The translations under genes and the position numbers were made by a program. From positions 186,001-250,000 of the forward strand of contig VJWM01000221.1 in NCBI GenBank assembly GCA_010909165.1: DNA of 64,000 bases, written 5' to 3'. Below, in pieces: positions 1 through 11,794 of this stretch (within the stretch, counting starts at the first letter, position 1; each line of letters starts with the position of its first letter). Under the pieces are notes generated by a model. The model did no database searches, was not told the origin of the DNA, and saw only the letters and a list, made by a program, of their open reading frames with translations. Source of the DNA: Anthoceros angustus. Taxonomy: Eukaryota; Plantae; Anthocerotophyta.

Positions 1-33
1 AGGGAAGCTCATGGTTACCATATGCCAGCTTAC

Positions 34-615
34 CTCCCAGTGTTTTCAGATGTAGGTAGTGTACCTATTGGCATTTCTGCAAGCGCAAAATCGATGGCAG
101 GTCCGTCTCCGCTCTGACGGACAGAGAGCAACTTTGTGCGCTTGCTTGTGGAATTCGCTGTGTGGAAAACCATGACAATACACTTCGTTAATAAAGTGTT
201 TAACATATCTCTGCGTAATGTGAAATTCGATGTGGGTTTAACTTACATTCTTAAATACAGAGTTTGAACTGGACTCCCGGGTTTGTTGGTTGGAATGGCG
301 CGACTGACAATCATACATACAGTATGCGCAGCTCCCGAGTTGGCGCCCCCGCCATGCCTTCGCGTTTTTGAATGCACAGAGGCCCACCTCAGATCGGAGG
401 TTGTCTCTGCTCGCGGAGCCCACACACTTTTGAAGGCTCGGTTGCGCGCTCCAGGCGCCTCAGGTTTGATTCTCTGCCTGTCCTTCTCTGCGGCTTCGAA
501 ATGCTGCTTGCCGCTCCCTCTGTTGCGATGTTTCTCTCCTTGAGCCCTTGAGCTCAGCCCGGAGATACATGGCGGAGGCGTGAAGGTCCATTCCAGCTTC
601 TGATGCTTGCGGCAT
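34..615 (-). other. Possible 5' exons of a minus-strand gene running off the left edge, divergent from the gene at 894
   Basis: Minus-strand GTAAGC (33-28) and GTAAGT (246-241) donor-like sites flank short open segments (e.g. NSTSKRTKLLSVRQSGDGPAIDFALAEMPIG). No recognisable domain. Confidence 0.25.
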
Positions 616-893
616 TCTGCTGATTGATCGTGTTTTGCTCAAGGATGGAGATTGCTGCTTGCTTTCCCTGATCAGTCTGACATCCGTGACGAGGGCACGG
701 GAATCTGAAATCGCGTCTGGCAGTTTAGAAATTTGGTCTAGGCAGATCCAGCGGGTGAGGCAGGAGTGCGCGTGCGGGTTGCGGATCGGGATTGTGGAAG
801 GAATAAGGGGCCGGGAACGGGACCGGGGCGGGGCCGGGGTGGAGAGGAGTGTGGAGCATGATTGAGGTGTAGAGAGTCTCCTCTTGAGACAGA

Positions 894-3800
894 ATGAGGA
901 AATCTGTGTTGATACAGGCTGGACGGCGGCACTTGGATCTGGAAAGAGTAGACCTGATTGACATTTGTCACGAGGATGACGATCTTCTGCTGGCTGGCGG
1001 GGGCGAGGAGGGCGGGAGTTATCCGCTGACTGAGAACCACGGGTCATCGTCTCCGCGCCGAGGCACGGAAGAGAAGGAGCCTTTCTCGTCCAGAAATATG
1101 AACGTCATCGAGGAGGGATTCGTTGTTGAAGGTCGCTGTCAGTCTTCGTTGCTCAGGGATTAGTATTTGGTGGTTGATTGAGGTGACGTGTGACTGATGG
1201 CTGCGCAACTGTCACCAGGCACGCTTTGTTTGTGTTTGAGAGGGGCTGTAGCAGTTGTTTGGAGTGGCTGATTCAGGATGTGTCTGTTGCTGCAGGAATC
1301 AATGTCAAGAACGGCCAGGAGGCCCTTGCTCGTAGCAAGAGCTTCCGGCAGTCGGAACCAGCCGGTGTTCCGTCCAGTTTGCCTGACACCGTGGAGGATG
1401 TGGCCGTGAAAAAGAAATTGAAAGGACGGACCAACCTGCGAAAGAGTTTAGCTTGGAACAAAGCATTTTTCACTGACGAAGGTGAGGTCGTGGTGTGCGT
1501 GTTTTCAGGATGTTTGGAAGAGGTTTTAGGAGATCTGGAGCTGAGCTGCTGGAAGTACTTGGTGCAGGGGTGCTGGATGTGGATGAGCTTCAAATCATGT
1601 CCAAGACTCCCAAGAAGCCTGTGCGGCTGCCGGTCATTGAGATCCCTGACCTACCAAAGCCTTCTGGAAGGGTGACATCCAGGGAGGCTGCTGATACGTT
1701 ACATTCTTCGGGGACTGTTGTGTTGGCTGCTGAGGCTTCAGCCCCTGCAACTGAGAAGTTGGATTTGGCTACAGAGGCCTCGGTTGTTGCACCTGGGAAA
1801 TTGATTAGTACTGGTGTGGCTGTGGAAAGCTCTGAAAAGCTGGAAGTCGCCCATTCTACTAGCTCTTTGAATACCTCTCTCAGGGACGTCATGCCTGAAG
1901 GCTCGAAAGTGCCACCGAGGAGTACGGCGACGAGGAGTGCGGCTTCAAGCATTGGTGGTGGGAAGCCGAGTTCGTCAAGTCTGCAGGGTAACAGTAGTAA
2001 ACTTCTTGCTGTTGCGGATGTAGTCTCAAAGACTAAAGCTGCATCGAGTCTCAAACTTGAAGCAGCGTCAAGGGGGAAACAGGAGGCAGCATCAAAGGCG
2101 AAGTTGGACACATCATCGAAAATCAAGTCTGAGGCTGTTCCGAAGTCTACATATAATCTGCGATCCAAACTCAACCTTCAAGCGAAGGCTGGAGATTCTT
2201 CCAAGCAGATCACCACTCAGAAAAGCAGCAGTGGCAGTAGTGCAGTTGCAAAACAGGACATTGCTGTCTCTAGTAGCTCTGCATCCATCCCAAAGGCTAA
2301 ACCCTCAGGATTACGAATGCCTGCACCAAAGCTTGGCTTCTTTGAATCAGTAAGTAGTCGCTGAAATTCAAAGCTTGTTGTCCCCTTTTGTCTTGAGTTG
2401 CTGTAATGAAAGGCCTTCTGCCCACTTTGTGTTCACTGTTTCTGTGTGGGATGCTGGGTGCTGTAGGCGAGGACAAATTCTACATCTAGCTTGCCAGATA
2501 AGTCCGGTGTGGCTGGATCAAACACCGGTGGTGGTCCTGTCACAGGACGAAGTTTGCCACCGAGGGTCCCTGATGGCAGTGCACGAACAAAGCCCCCAAC
2601 TGGGAGAACAACTCAGACAATGGATCCTTTGGCAGCTGCAGTGCATGCTAGTGTTCAATCCGGCATCCCTTCAGCTCCTCACTTAAGAGTCAGTGCCTAC
2701 AGTTTGAGATCTAGGGCCGCTTCTGCGTCTGCTCCAGCTTCCCCTCACAAAGGTAGGGCCTCTGCTGGCTCAGCTCCGGCTTCGCCTCAGAGAAGCAATC
2801 GACGGATGTTCTCTTCAGGGGCCGAACAAAGTCGACAAGGTACCCCTGCTACCTCACCGGCAAAGATGGAGAGTAGGCATGATGCTCGTGTGAAAGTCCA
2901 GAACCATGATTCTCCTGCAAGGAAGTTAAACAGTGGTGCAGGGCAACTTGAATATGCTGTGGCTGGAAGTTCCAGATCAACCTTCAAAGACTCTCTGAAG
3001 GGAAGCTCTGTCAGGTCTCCACCAGGGTTGCAGTCAAGGACAGGAACAGGTTTGGACAGTGCTTTACATGCAGTTCCTGAGCATGGAGGGCAACATGTCA
3101 TTCCTCGTGCCCAGACGGAGCCTGCCAGGTCTATATCAGGTGTGGTGGTGTCACAGCTCATGAAATATTCTGGATCCAGCGCCAGCCCACCTCCGCCAAG
3201 CAGTGGACCCGGGCCTCGGTTGGTCAGGTGTACTTCCTCTCCCATGGTCCTCAACAGAAATCCCTTGCCTCCTACAGCGCCCGGGAAAAGTCCTCTGGCA
3301 AACGCAACACCTAAGAAGGAGAGCAGATCTTTTTTCTCACTTGCCCGCAAGGCCGTCAGCAGATTGACTTCATCAAGCAGTTCCCCGAAGGAAGCGGGTC
3401 CGGACAAGGAAAATGGAAATGTCCAATCTCCTGCAGCATCCAAAAAGACCAGGCGCTTCTTCGAGTCTGTATGTGCCTCTCATTCCTTTGGTTCACTGTT
3501 CCTTGTCTTGCTGGAATTTGTTTTTGGTGTTGTTCTTTCATGAATGCTAGGCTAAAGCATCTTCTAATGCAGGCAAGGACCACTGAGATATCCACCCCGC
3601 CAAATAAATCTGGATTGGCCAGTTCCAAAGGTGGCAGCGTCCCTCTGGCTGGAAGAGCTTTACCACCCAAGGTTCCTGATAGTAATGGACAGTCCAAGCT
3701 GCCTAGCCCTCCAGTTGTGAGAGCTGTTCAGTCAATGGACCCATTAGCCGCTGCAGTGCACGCTGGTGTTCAATCCAATATCCCGTCAGCTCCTCACTTG

Positions 3801-5489
3801 AGAGGAAGTGACAACACATCGAGGAGTAGGATTCCCTCTGTGTCTGCTCCCACATCTCCTCAGAGGAATGACTGCCGGTTTCTTTCTTCAGGAGCAGAAC
3901 AAAGTTTGGAAGGTCCCAGTCTCGCACTTCCACCGAAGCCGGAGTACAGGTATGGCTCTTTTGCGCAAGGCCTTGCAGGAAGACTCAAGTCCGGTACAAG
4001 ACAACCTGGTAGTCCTGGCTCTGCGGCTGCTTCATCACCTACGAGCCTGTCGACGAACAGTGCGCACCAGGGATCTATAGCGGGGACCGAGTCATCTTCA
4101 AGCCCAGGTGTGAGTGGAGCCTTGCATTCTGTTTCTGAGGAGGATCAACCTCGGGAAGTAGATCCGGAAGTGCCCGCTGCCCTTTCCCCAGCGATTCCCT
4201 TGCAAGCAGGTGCCAAACCTCTTGGAACACCCGATCGTATGGTATCAAGCCCCTTGCAGCCTACAGCTGTGAATGATGCGGAGCCGGGAGGGCATTTGAT
4301 GCTGTCGAATACTGGCTCCTCTGCTACTGTACCAGCAGGAGGAAACACCCCCATCTCACTGACGAAGTTGGCTGGGTTAACAGAGAGGAGAAACTCCATC
4401 AGTCTGGGTGTCTCAGCCGCTACTTTCTGTGGTGACGGGGAAGGCTGTCAAACGGGGACTGAAGTGAATGGTCTGAACAGCTTGACGAGATGCGAGGAAA
4501 CCTCTGGCGCTGATGACAGGAACATTGGCTTGCAAGGAGCTGGCACAGTTGTTCATGGACCTCCTTCGGAACCCAAGGAGGCTGTCGGGATGAGACGGCT
4601 AAGCAACAGTGGTGAGTCGGTCAGTAGTCCATCTCACTGGATCGACTGGCATAAATTTCAAGAACGAACTCCCGATTCGAAGACTTTGATCCCCAAACCA
4701 GGAGGCGCCAGGTCTGTGTCTCCTGTGTTGGTGGCACAGCTGATGCAGAATTCGCAGTCTGGATCAAGTCCGACGTCGTCAAGCAGTGGCGATGGACCTC
4801 GGTTGGTTAGATGTACATCATCTCCCATGGTCATGAATGGACGGAGTCCTTTGGCAAATGCGGCACCCAAAAGAAGAGAGAGCAGATCCTTCTTTTCACT
4901 TGCCCGCAAAGCTGTGAGCAAATTGACATCCTCACCAAGCTCCTCTGGTAAAGCAGGTCAGGAGACTGAAAAAGTAGATGGGCAACCTCTTCCAGCGTCG
5001 CAACTGGGCAGGCGCTTGAGCAAGTCTGGCCAGAGTCTACAGAACCGGAGAGACAGCACAGACCGTGCAGAAGACGATTCACAGGACGGGAACGAGAATG
5101 CACAGAGCGGTGTACTTCAAGAGGTGAAGAAATTGCCTCCATTCACCGAAGAGTGGATCGCTGCACTGGAGGCGGCAGGACAGGTGAAGTTCCAGCATGT
5201 TCAAACAGCCTCGTAGTCTTCCTAGTCACGCTCTCAATCTAACATTTTTCCTTCTGTCCGACTCAACTTCTACAGGAAGCTCTAGAGATGAAGGGTGGTT
5301 CAGTTCAAAACTCGCCACCAAACAAAATCAGTCCCAAGTCCAACCCGTGGTCTCCTGTAAGCAGAACTTCTCATTCCTGCTTGGGCATCCCTTTTCACCT
5401 TACACTCCCTCGTAACAAAACCAAGTCATGCATCGCAGGTGCGGAGGAATGGACTGGGACCCTTCGATTGCACCAAGCGTTGCTCCTAA
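894..5489 (+). CDS. Uncharacterised conserved land-plant Ser/Pro-rich protein (At5g60150/At3g53320/At2g37070-like family), 7 exons
   Basis: Exons 894-1131, 1296-1481, 1568-2349, 2467-3468, 3573-5183, 5276-5356 and 5439-5489 join in frame at GT-AG sites. Family motifs LIDICHEDDDLL, LRKSLAWNKAFFTDEGVLD, KPSGLRMPAPKLGFF, PFTEEWIAALEAAG, SVQNSPP...PWSPV and GPFDCTK are present. Confidence 0.85.
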
Positions 5490-5791
5490 CGAGAAACCGT
5501 AACGGATCTGATGATTGTTTGCACTACTGCAGCCGCCGCTCTTGCACACAACTTATACACATAAATTTCCATCAGGAGTTGAGCTCGAGTGGGAGGCCAG
5601 AGGCCAAGCTGCTTTTCTACATGGCAGGTGGTGCGCTTGGGAAGTTCGTGTGTATCTATACTTAATTGGGGTGTAAAAGTGTTAGCTAGATAGGTAGGCA
5701 GGTTGTGTTGGAAGTGAGTTATTTTGAATGATCAGGTTATCCATAATTTCCTGAGTAGTGGACAAGGTGTGTTCCGAACGAGCTTGACATC

Positions 5792-8700
5792 ATGCCGGCG
5801 CTGAACCGCAAGCAGCGAGGCGGGGCCGCCGTGGCCAGCTCCAGTCCCAGCCCCAGCCCGCCCGCCGCGAAATCAAAAGCACGCCCGCCTGGAATTGCAC
5901 ACCTCGGGGAGGTTCAAGTCGTGGACGAGCGGGATGGCCGAATTCCAGCCGCCCTCTACATGTCCGAGGCTGCTATGCTCACGGCTGGTTTGGCCAGCGG
6001 GCAGTTGGTGGCTGTATCTCTGGGCTCGGAATCGGAATTGGAATCGGAACCGGGCTACCGCGATGAGCTCGGGGCGCGCTACGCTGTGGCAGTTTGTTGG
6101 CCTTCGAGAAAGGTGCGGCAGCGCAGGCTTCTGGAGCAATATGGGGTAAATGGATGTTCGCAATGGTGGACTGACCCCGTGTGTGTGCAATCCTGCAGCT
6201 GGTGCGAGACGCTTTGCGCGTCTCCAAGAGCCTGAGCAACAGCCTGGGCCGCCCTGGGGTTGGGGCGAGTGTGTGGATCCATCCTCTGAGCCAGGAATGC
6301 GCAGCAGGTGCAGATGGGAGGTTGGCTACCAGGCGCCTGGCTTATGCCGGGGCCAAGGTTGTGGAAGCTTCCGTGCAGGCCTGCAGCCGCCTGCTGCTCG
6401 CCTTCCGCGGGCCGCTGCTTCCCGACCGGCCTGCCGCCGCAGCATTGGCCTCCATCGCCGAGGGAGACGAGCAGGTGACGGCCTTGCTGCAGAGGTTTGC
6501 CGTGCGCTGGCTGGCTGATCGGTTTCTGCTGCCCGGGAGCCTGGTGGTGCTCCCGGTCTGCGGGGTAGAGTGCGTGTTTCGCGTCTCGGATTTGCAGCAC
6601 GGGGCCGTGAAGGTTGGAGTTGATGGTGTGGAGGAGCGGAAGCTGGAGAGGAGCTCAGGGGTTGGAGACGGAGACGGAGACGGAGTTAGGGTTGGGTTGC
6701 CGGCTCATGTTGATGTTTTCCACATTGTGCGTGAGACTGTTGTGGAGTTTCTCCGTCCCGTGGGTGGTGGGGCTTCGGTGGAAGGGGAGGTGGTGGAGGC
6801 GAAGGTGGAGGAGGAAGTGGGCAGGAAGGAAGTTGCGGAACTGAGGTTTTCTGCTCTGGGTGGATTGTCGGACCAGATTCAGGCCCTCCGAGATGTTGTC
6901 GAGCTTCCCGTCTTGCAGCCAATGCTGTACACGAGGTGAGAGGCGGAGGTGGTGGGTTTTTAGTTCTGTTACTGGTGTTTGTTGATTCTGAGCGGGAGGG
7001 TTTTTTTTTCAGGTATGGGTTGCTGCCTCCGCGGGGAGTTCTGCTGTACGGCCCCTCCGGGACTGGGAAAACGTCGCTGGCTCGAGCTGCTGCTGCTGAG
7101 GCAGGGTTGCCGTTGTTTGTGGTAAATGGGCCTGAGCTTGTGCAAGAGTTCTATGGGGGAAGCGAGAACGCGCTTGAAGCAGTGTTCGCCTCGGCTGTGG
7201 ATTCAGCACCGTCAGTGGTAGCTGTTCCAGCCTGCTAGCTCGAGATGGTCGTCTTGATATAGTGGTGTGCTTCTATGTGCTTTCGGAGGCTTTTTCTTCG
7301 CACTCGGAAATGATATCTGTCTCCTGTTTGATCTTTTTGAGTTCTGCGCCACTCATGAGTGATCCACTTTTTCTGTTTCAGGTGTTTATAGATGAACTGG
7401 ATGCAATAGCTCCCGAGCGGAAGGATGGGATTGAGGAGCTTGCTCACAGAATGGTGTCAGCATTACTGACATTGCTCGACGGGGGTGTGAAGCAAGACCT
7501 GGAGCATTGGGTCACAGTCATTGGTGCCACAAACCGACTGGATGCCGTGGACTCGGCCTTGAGACGGCCTGGGCGTTTTGACAGAGAAATTGAAGTTGGT
7601 AGGGCGCTGCATTTGTTTTGAATGTTTGTTGCCACGATTGCCACGTTTCATGAGTCTGTCCTCCTCGGTACATGCATCTCTCATGAGGGTGTCTCGAGTT
7701 TGCTTGGTTTCCAGTTGCTCATACAGATAAGTTTTTGCACTGTCCAGGTATTCCCACACCTTCTGGGAGACGAGAGATCCTGGACACAGTGCTGAGCCAT
7801 ATGAATCATTCTCTGAGCCATGACGATGTGCAAACTTTGGCAGCAGCTACTCACGGCTTCGTTGGGGCAGACTTGACAGCTCTCTGTAACGAAGCTGCCA
7901 TGACTGCCCTGCGCAGCTATGTCAAGCATCAAGAATCAACGGACTCGGAACTGGGAAGTGTGGAGGAGCAACTAGCCGCCCTTTCCGTTTCCAAGAGCTC
8001 CTGTGAGGTGTCTTCTCCGCCTCAAGTTTGTGACAGAGGGGATGACCAGGGAACAGGGAGGCAGCCAAGGGATGGCCGAGTCTTGCAAGGTGCTAAGCAA
8101 TCAAGAGGAACTGATCTAAGAATTAGTTCAAGAGACTTCGCACTTGCGAAGACTAAAGTTCGACCCAGTGGAATGCGAGAGGTGATTGGCTTTCCATCAT
8201 GTTTCAGTTCCTCTTCCTACCAACAACACACTGTAGAGCTCTAGGGCTAAGAGTGGGGGAACTGCTGCAGGTGATGTTGGAGGTGCCTGTTGTGCGGTGG
8301 TCTGACATCGGGGGTCAGGAAGAAGTCAAGCAACAGTTAAGAGAAATTGTGGAGTGGCCCCAGAAGCACGGGGATGCATTAGCTCGAATCGGAGCGCAGG
8401 CTCCCAGAGGTGTGATGCTGTATGGACCCCCTGGCTGCAGCAAGACCCTAATGGCCAGGGCAGTGGCTGCGGAGGCAGAACTAAGCTTCCTTGCAGTCAA
8501 GGGACCCGAGCTGCTGAGCAAGTGGGTTGGTGAATCAGAGAAGGCGGTGTGCACATTATTTGCTCGTGCACGAGCTGCGGCACCCTCCATCATCTTCTTC
8601 GACGAGGTAGACGGTCTCGTTGGGGATCGTGACAACGATCATGATGGAGAATGCTCTGTGGGCAGTAGAGTAATCAGCCAGATTCTAGTTGAACTGGACG

Positions 8701-9346
8701 GTGAGTCCCATCCCTCGGTGCAGGTTTTCTACTTCCTTCAACATGCCCGTTCCCCTAATACATCCACGTAATCTGTGCCAGGCCTGAAGCCCTCCACAGG
8801 TGTTGCCGTGGTGGCTGCCACAAACCGTCCAGACAAGATCGACCCAGCTCTTCTCCGCCCAGGTACATTCCTTTGGCCACCACCCATATATGCTCCCTTC
8901 ACCTGCGGCCCCCCTCCTGACTGCTCTCCATCCATCGCAGGACGATTTGACCGCCTTCTGTTCGTGGGACCTCCCGACACTCCGGCCAGGGAAGAAATAT
9001 TCAAAATCCATCTCCGCAGCGTCCCTTGCAGCCCGGCCGTCTCAGTCCAGAAGCTGGCATCTTTGACAACCAAGTACACAGGAGCCGACATCTCTGCTGT
9101 GTGTCGAGAAGCTGCCCTCGCAGCCCTGGAAGTAAGCTCTCCTCGCCCTTATCACTCCACCCCGATCACTGATACCCTACCACCTCCCATCCCCTTTATC
9201 TAACGCCCACACTGGTGCTGTCCTTTCAGGAGGACATGACGGTAGAGAGTGTGTGTATGCGGCACTTCGAGTCTGCCCTCCAAGTAGTCCAACCCTCAGC
9301 TGCCCAGTATGTAAACATGCGCTTTCCCAGCTCAAAGATGCCATGA
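5792..9346 (+). CDS. Double-AAA ATPase of the CDC48 superfamily, AFG2/SPATA5/CIP111-like
   Basis: Two AAA modules: [13 protein letters not shown] / FIDELD / [23 protein letters not shown] and [13 protein letters not shown] / FFDEVD / [20 protein letters not shown]. The GPPGCSKT second Walker A is typical of AFG2. The last exon is 9230-9346 and ends in TGA. Confidence 0.9.
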
Positions 9347-10467
9347 GTTACAACCTCCCTTCTTGTCTCACTTCCAGTCACTCCCTGTCAAGCGAACGTG
9401 ACCGTGCACTGCCTCCCACCTACTCGGCACATCTCCACCATCCACCTCGACAGCCCCCGACCCGGCGATCCCGATTCCTCCGCCCTGACACTGTGGGGCC
9501 TTCCCGGTGTGAACGGGTCCTATTACAAGCGCCCACACGACGACCGCAGAATATTCCGCACCCGGTGCCCCGGTACCCGATCCCGGCGGCTGGCAACTTC
9601 CACGAAATTGCTGCGTGGTGAGTCGTGACGCTCCCGCCCAGCATGATTAAATCTACTTACTTACGTCCCTAACAGCACACCCGTGCACAGACACAGAAAA
9701 AGGGCCCCATCGGCCCGTATCGGGCCGAAAGCAGCAGCCATGTTACTTTGCGCTGTGCGCTGCTGCCGCATTTCCACACGTCCCCGTCCCCGTCCCGGCC
9801 CGGCCAGGGCTGGCACAGATAAATCATGGGCGGTGCCGGGCCCCCGCCCGCTGCCCCCTGCCAAGCAGGGCTGTTGGCAAGGTGGGTGGCCGCACAGGCC
9901 ACTTGGCCTGGGCCCCGGCCTGCGGTGTGGTAGCTGTTACCCCTGTGTGGCAGCTGGTGAGCCGGTCTGAGTTCGAGGGGACCGGGACGTCGGCCCGGAC
10001 CGTCTCAGGCCCGGTGCCAGGCCTGGCACCGGTCCTGCGCCTGCCCCGCAACCCTAGAAAGAATTATGGCCCACACGCGTCCCCGGACGCAGGCTCCCGG
10101 CCACAGCCGCACCGCCACCTCGCCGCCTCCCGTGTGAACGTTTCGCCGCGGCGAAACTCCATCCCGGGTCGGGTCGGGCGGGTCGTGTGATCAGGATTAG
10201 CTCACTTGCTAGTAAGGACTCGCATGATCCGATCAGGCTGTAACGCCTGGAGTTAAGTTGTAGTCCGTGAGGCTAGGATTGCAGTGAGGATGACGTACGT
10301 CCTACCTTGGTTGGAGTGAATGTTGCCGCGCGAAGCTTAGCTGTAAAAGGTGGACAACGATTGATCATCTCTCTCTCTTCCTAGAATCGTCATACCGCGA
10401 GCTCTATTTCATTGTGCGTCTCCTTTCCTTCTTGTGTCTCTGGGTTGCTCTCGTGGTTTGGTTTGTC

Positions 10468-10636
10468 GGAGAAGTGTGGTGCGTCACCATTTGCTCTTGC
10501 CAGGTCGTTGTATTGAAGGAGAAGTGTAGTGCGTCGAAGTGTGGTGCGTCACCGTTCGCTCTTGCCAGGTTGTTGTATTGAAGGAAAAGTGTGGTGCGTC
10601 ACCGTTCGCTCTTGCCAGGTTGTTGTACTGAAGGAG
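10468..10636. repeat. About 50-bp tandem repeat, 3 copies plus a partial copy
   Basis: AAGTGTGGTGCGTCACCGTTCGCTCTTGCCAGGTTGTTGTATTGAAGGA is repeated with few substitutions. Confidence 0.85.
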
Positions 10637-10646
10637 TGCAAAAAAG

Positions 10647-10738
10647 CAGTAGAATAGTGCGCCACCTAAATTGAAGGAGTCAGTGCAAGAAGGCAGTAGA
10701 ATAGTACACCATCGTTTAGATGGCGCACTATTCTACTG
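10647..10738. repeat. Inverted repeat with 24-bp arms (1 mismatch)
   Basis: CAGTAGAATAGTGCGCCACCTAAA (10647-10670) pairs with TTTAGATGGCGCACTATTCTACTG (10715-10738). Confidence 0.8.
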
Positions 10739-10764
10739 ATCTAGTGATTTGTTTATATATGCGT

Positions 10765-10985
10765 TCTGTTGTTCTCGCTATCCAATCTGTTGTTCTCGCT
10801 GTCCAACTCTTGCTATCCAATCTGATGTTCTCGCTGTCCAACTCTCACTATCCAATCTGTTGTTCTCGCTGTCAACTGACTTATTGCTTGGTTAGCGTCC
10901 ATGCTTTTAGTCCGTTATGTGTTCTGTTGTTCTTGCTATCCAATCTATTGTTCTCGCTATCCACTCTGTTGTTCTCGCTATGCAA
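10765..10985. repeat. Degenerate minisatellite, unit about 21 bp (TCTGTTGTTCTCGCTATCCAA)
   Basis: Repeated units are directly visible. Confidence 0.8.
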
Positions 10986-11706
10986 CTTTTGTTCATCTTC
11001 ATCATTGGTTGGTTGCAGCAACTACACAAAAGAAGCTCCACCACTCAATCACTGATCTTAACTCGCAATGTTGTTTATGCATTGCCTGCAATAGAGACTC
11101 TCAAGACTCGCCAAGGTGTTCCACTGTAGAGGCCCAAAACTGTGATTATCACACATCGAAGGTCATCTGCTATTTGTGAGCAATCATCTATATATGTGAT
11201 CATTTATATACGATTGTTTATCATCCAATCAGTGGTCTTAACTTGTTGCGCTGTAACTCCTTGTTCTTTCATCAGTTGTTTGTGAGTGTTCATCTATATA
11301 TAATCATTTATCTAATCACTCGTCCTAATCCTAACTCTGTTTCTATTGGTCGCGGCGATGTCTAAGATGTGGCGAACTCGAATGCATCCAGGAAAGGGTT
11401 ACAGCGCAACGAAGGCTATCCATTTTGAGTGAATAGCTTTCTCTCGCTCTTGGTAAGAAACTTAGTAATGGAACCACAAAACTTCATTATGTTCAGTCTT
11501 TCTCTCCCTCGTTTTCGAGTTCCTGCCTACTCTTAGTATCTCTGTGTGTAGTCACGACATTATTCGGTAGTCCCAATCTGCGTGTAGTCGCTGACACTCT
11601 GTTGATGTGATCCTCTTGTCCGTATGTTTGTCTTTGCGTAGTCTTGAGAGTATGTAGATGAAAATCAATCATCATTTGTGTTTGTTAAGGCTCAATTCGG
11701 AAGTCT

Positions 11707-11794
11707 CTGAGGTCGGCTATGATTGTCTAGTTTTCTCCTTTCTGCCTTCATACAGGCACAAAGGAGAAAACTAGACAATCATAGCCGACCTCAG
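11707..11794. ncRNA. Near-perfect 88-nt hairpin; candidate miRNA/hairpin-RNA precursor or foldback remnant
   Basis: Perfect 35-bp arms at 11707-11741 and 11760-11794, then a C-C mismatch, 5 more pairs (TGCCT/AGGCA) and a 6-nt loop. The hairpin is certain; RNA-gene status is inference. Confidence 0.45.

Noticed and set aside
9802-10027. Possible hAT-like MITE bounded by GCCAGGGCTGGCAC / GTGCCAGGCCTGGC
   Set aside because: The inverted match is only 14 bp and imperfect, lies in very GC-rich DNA, and has no target-site duplication.
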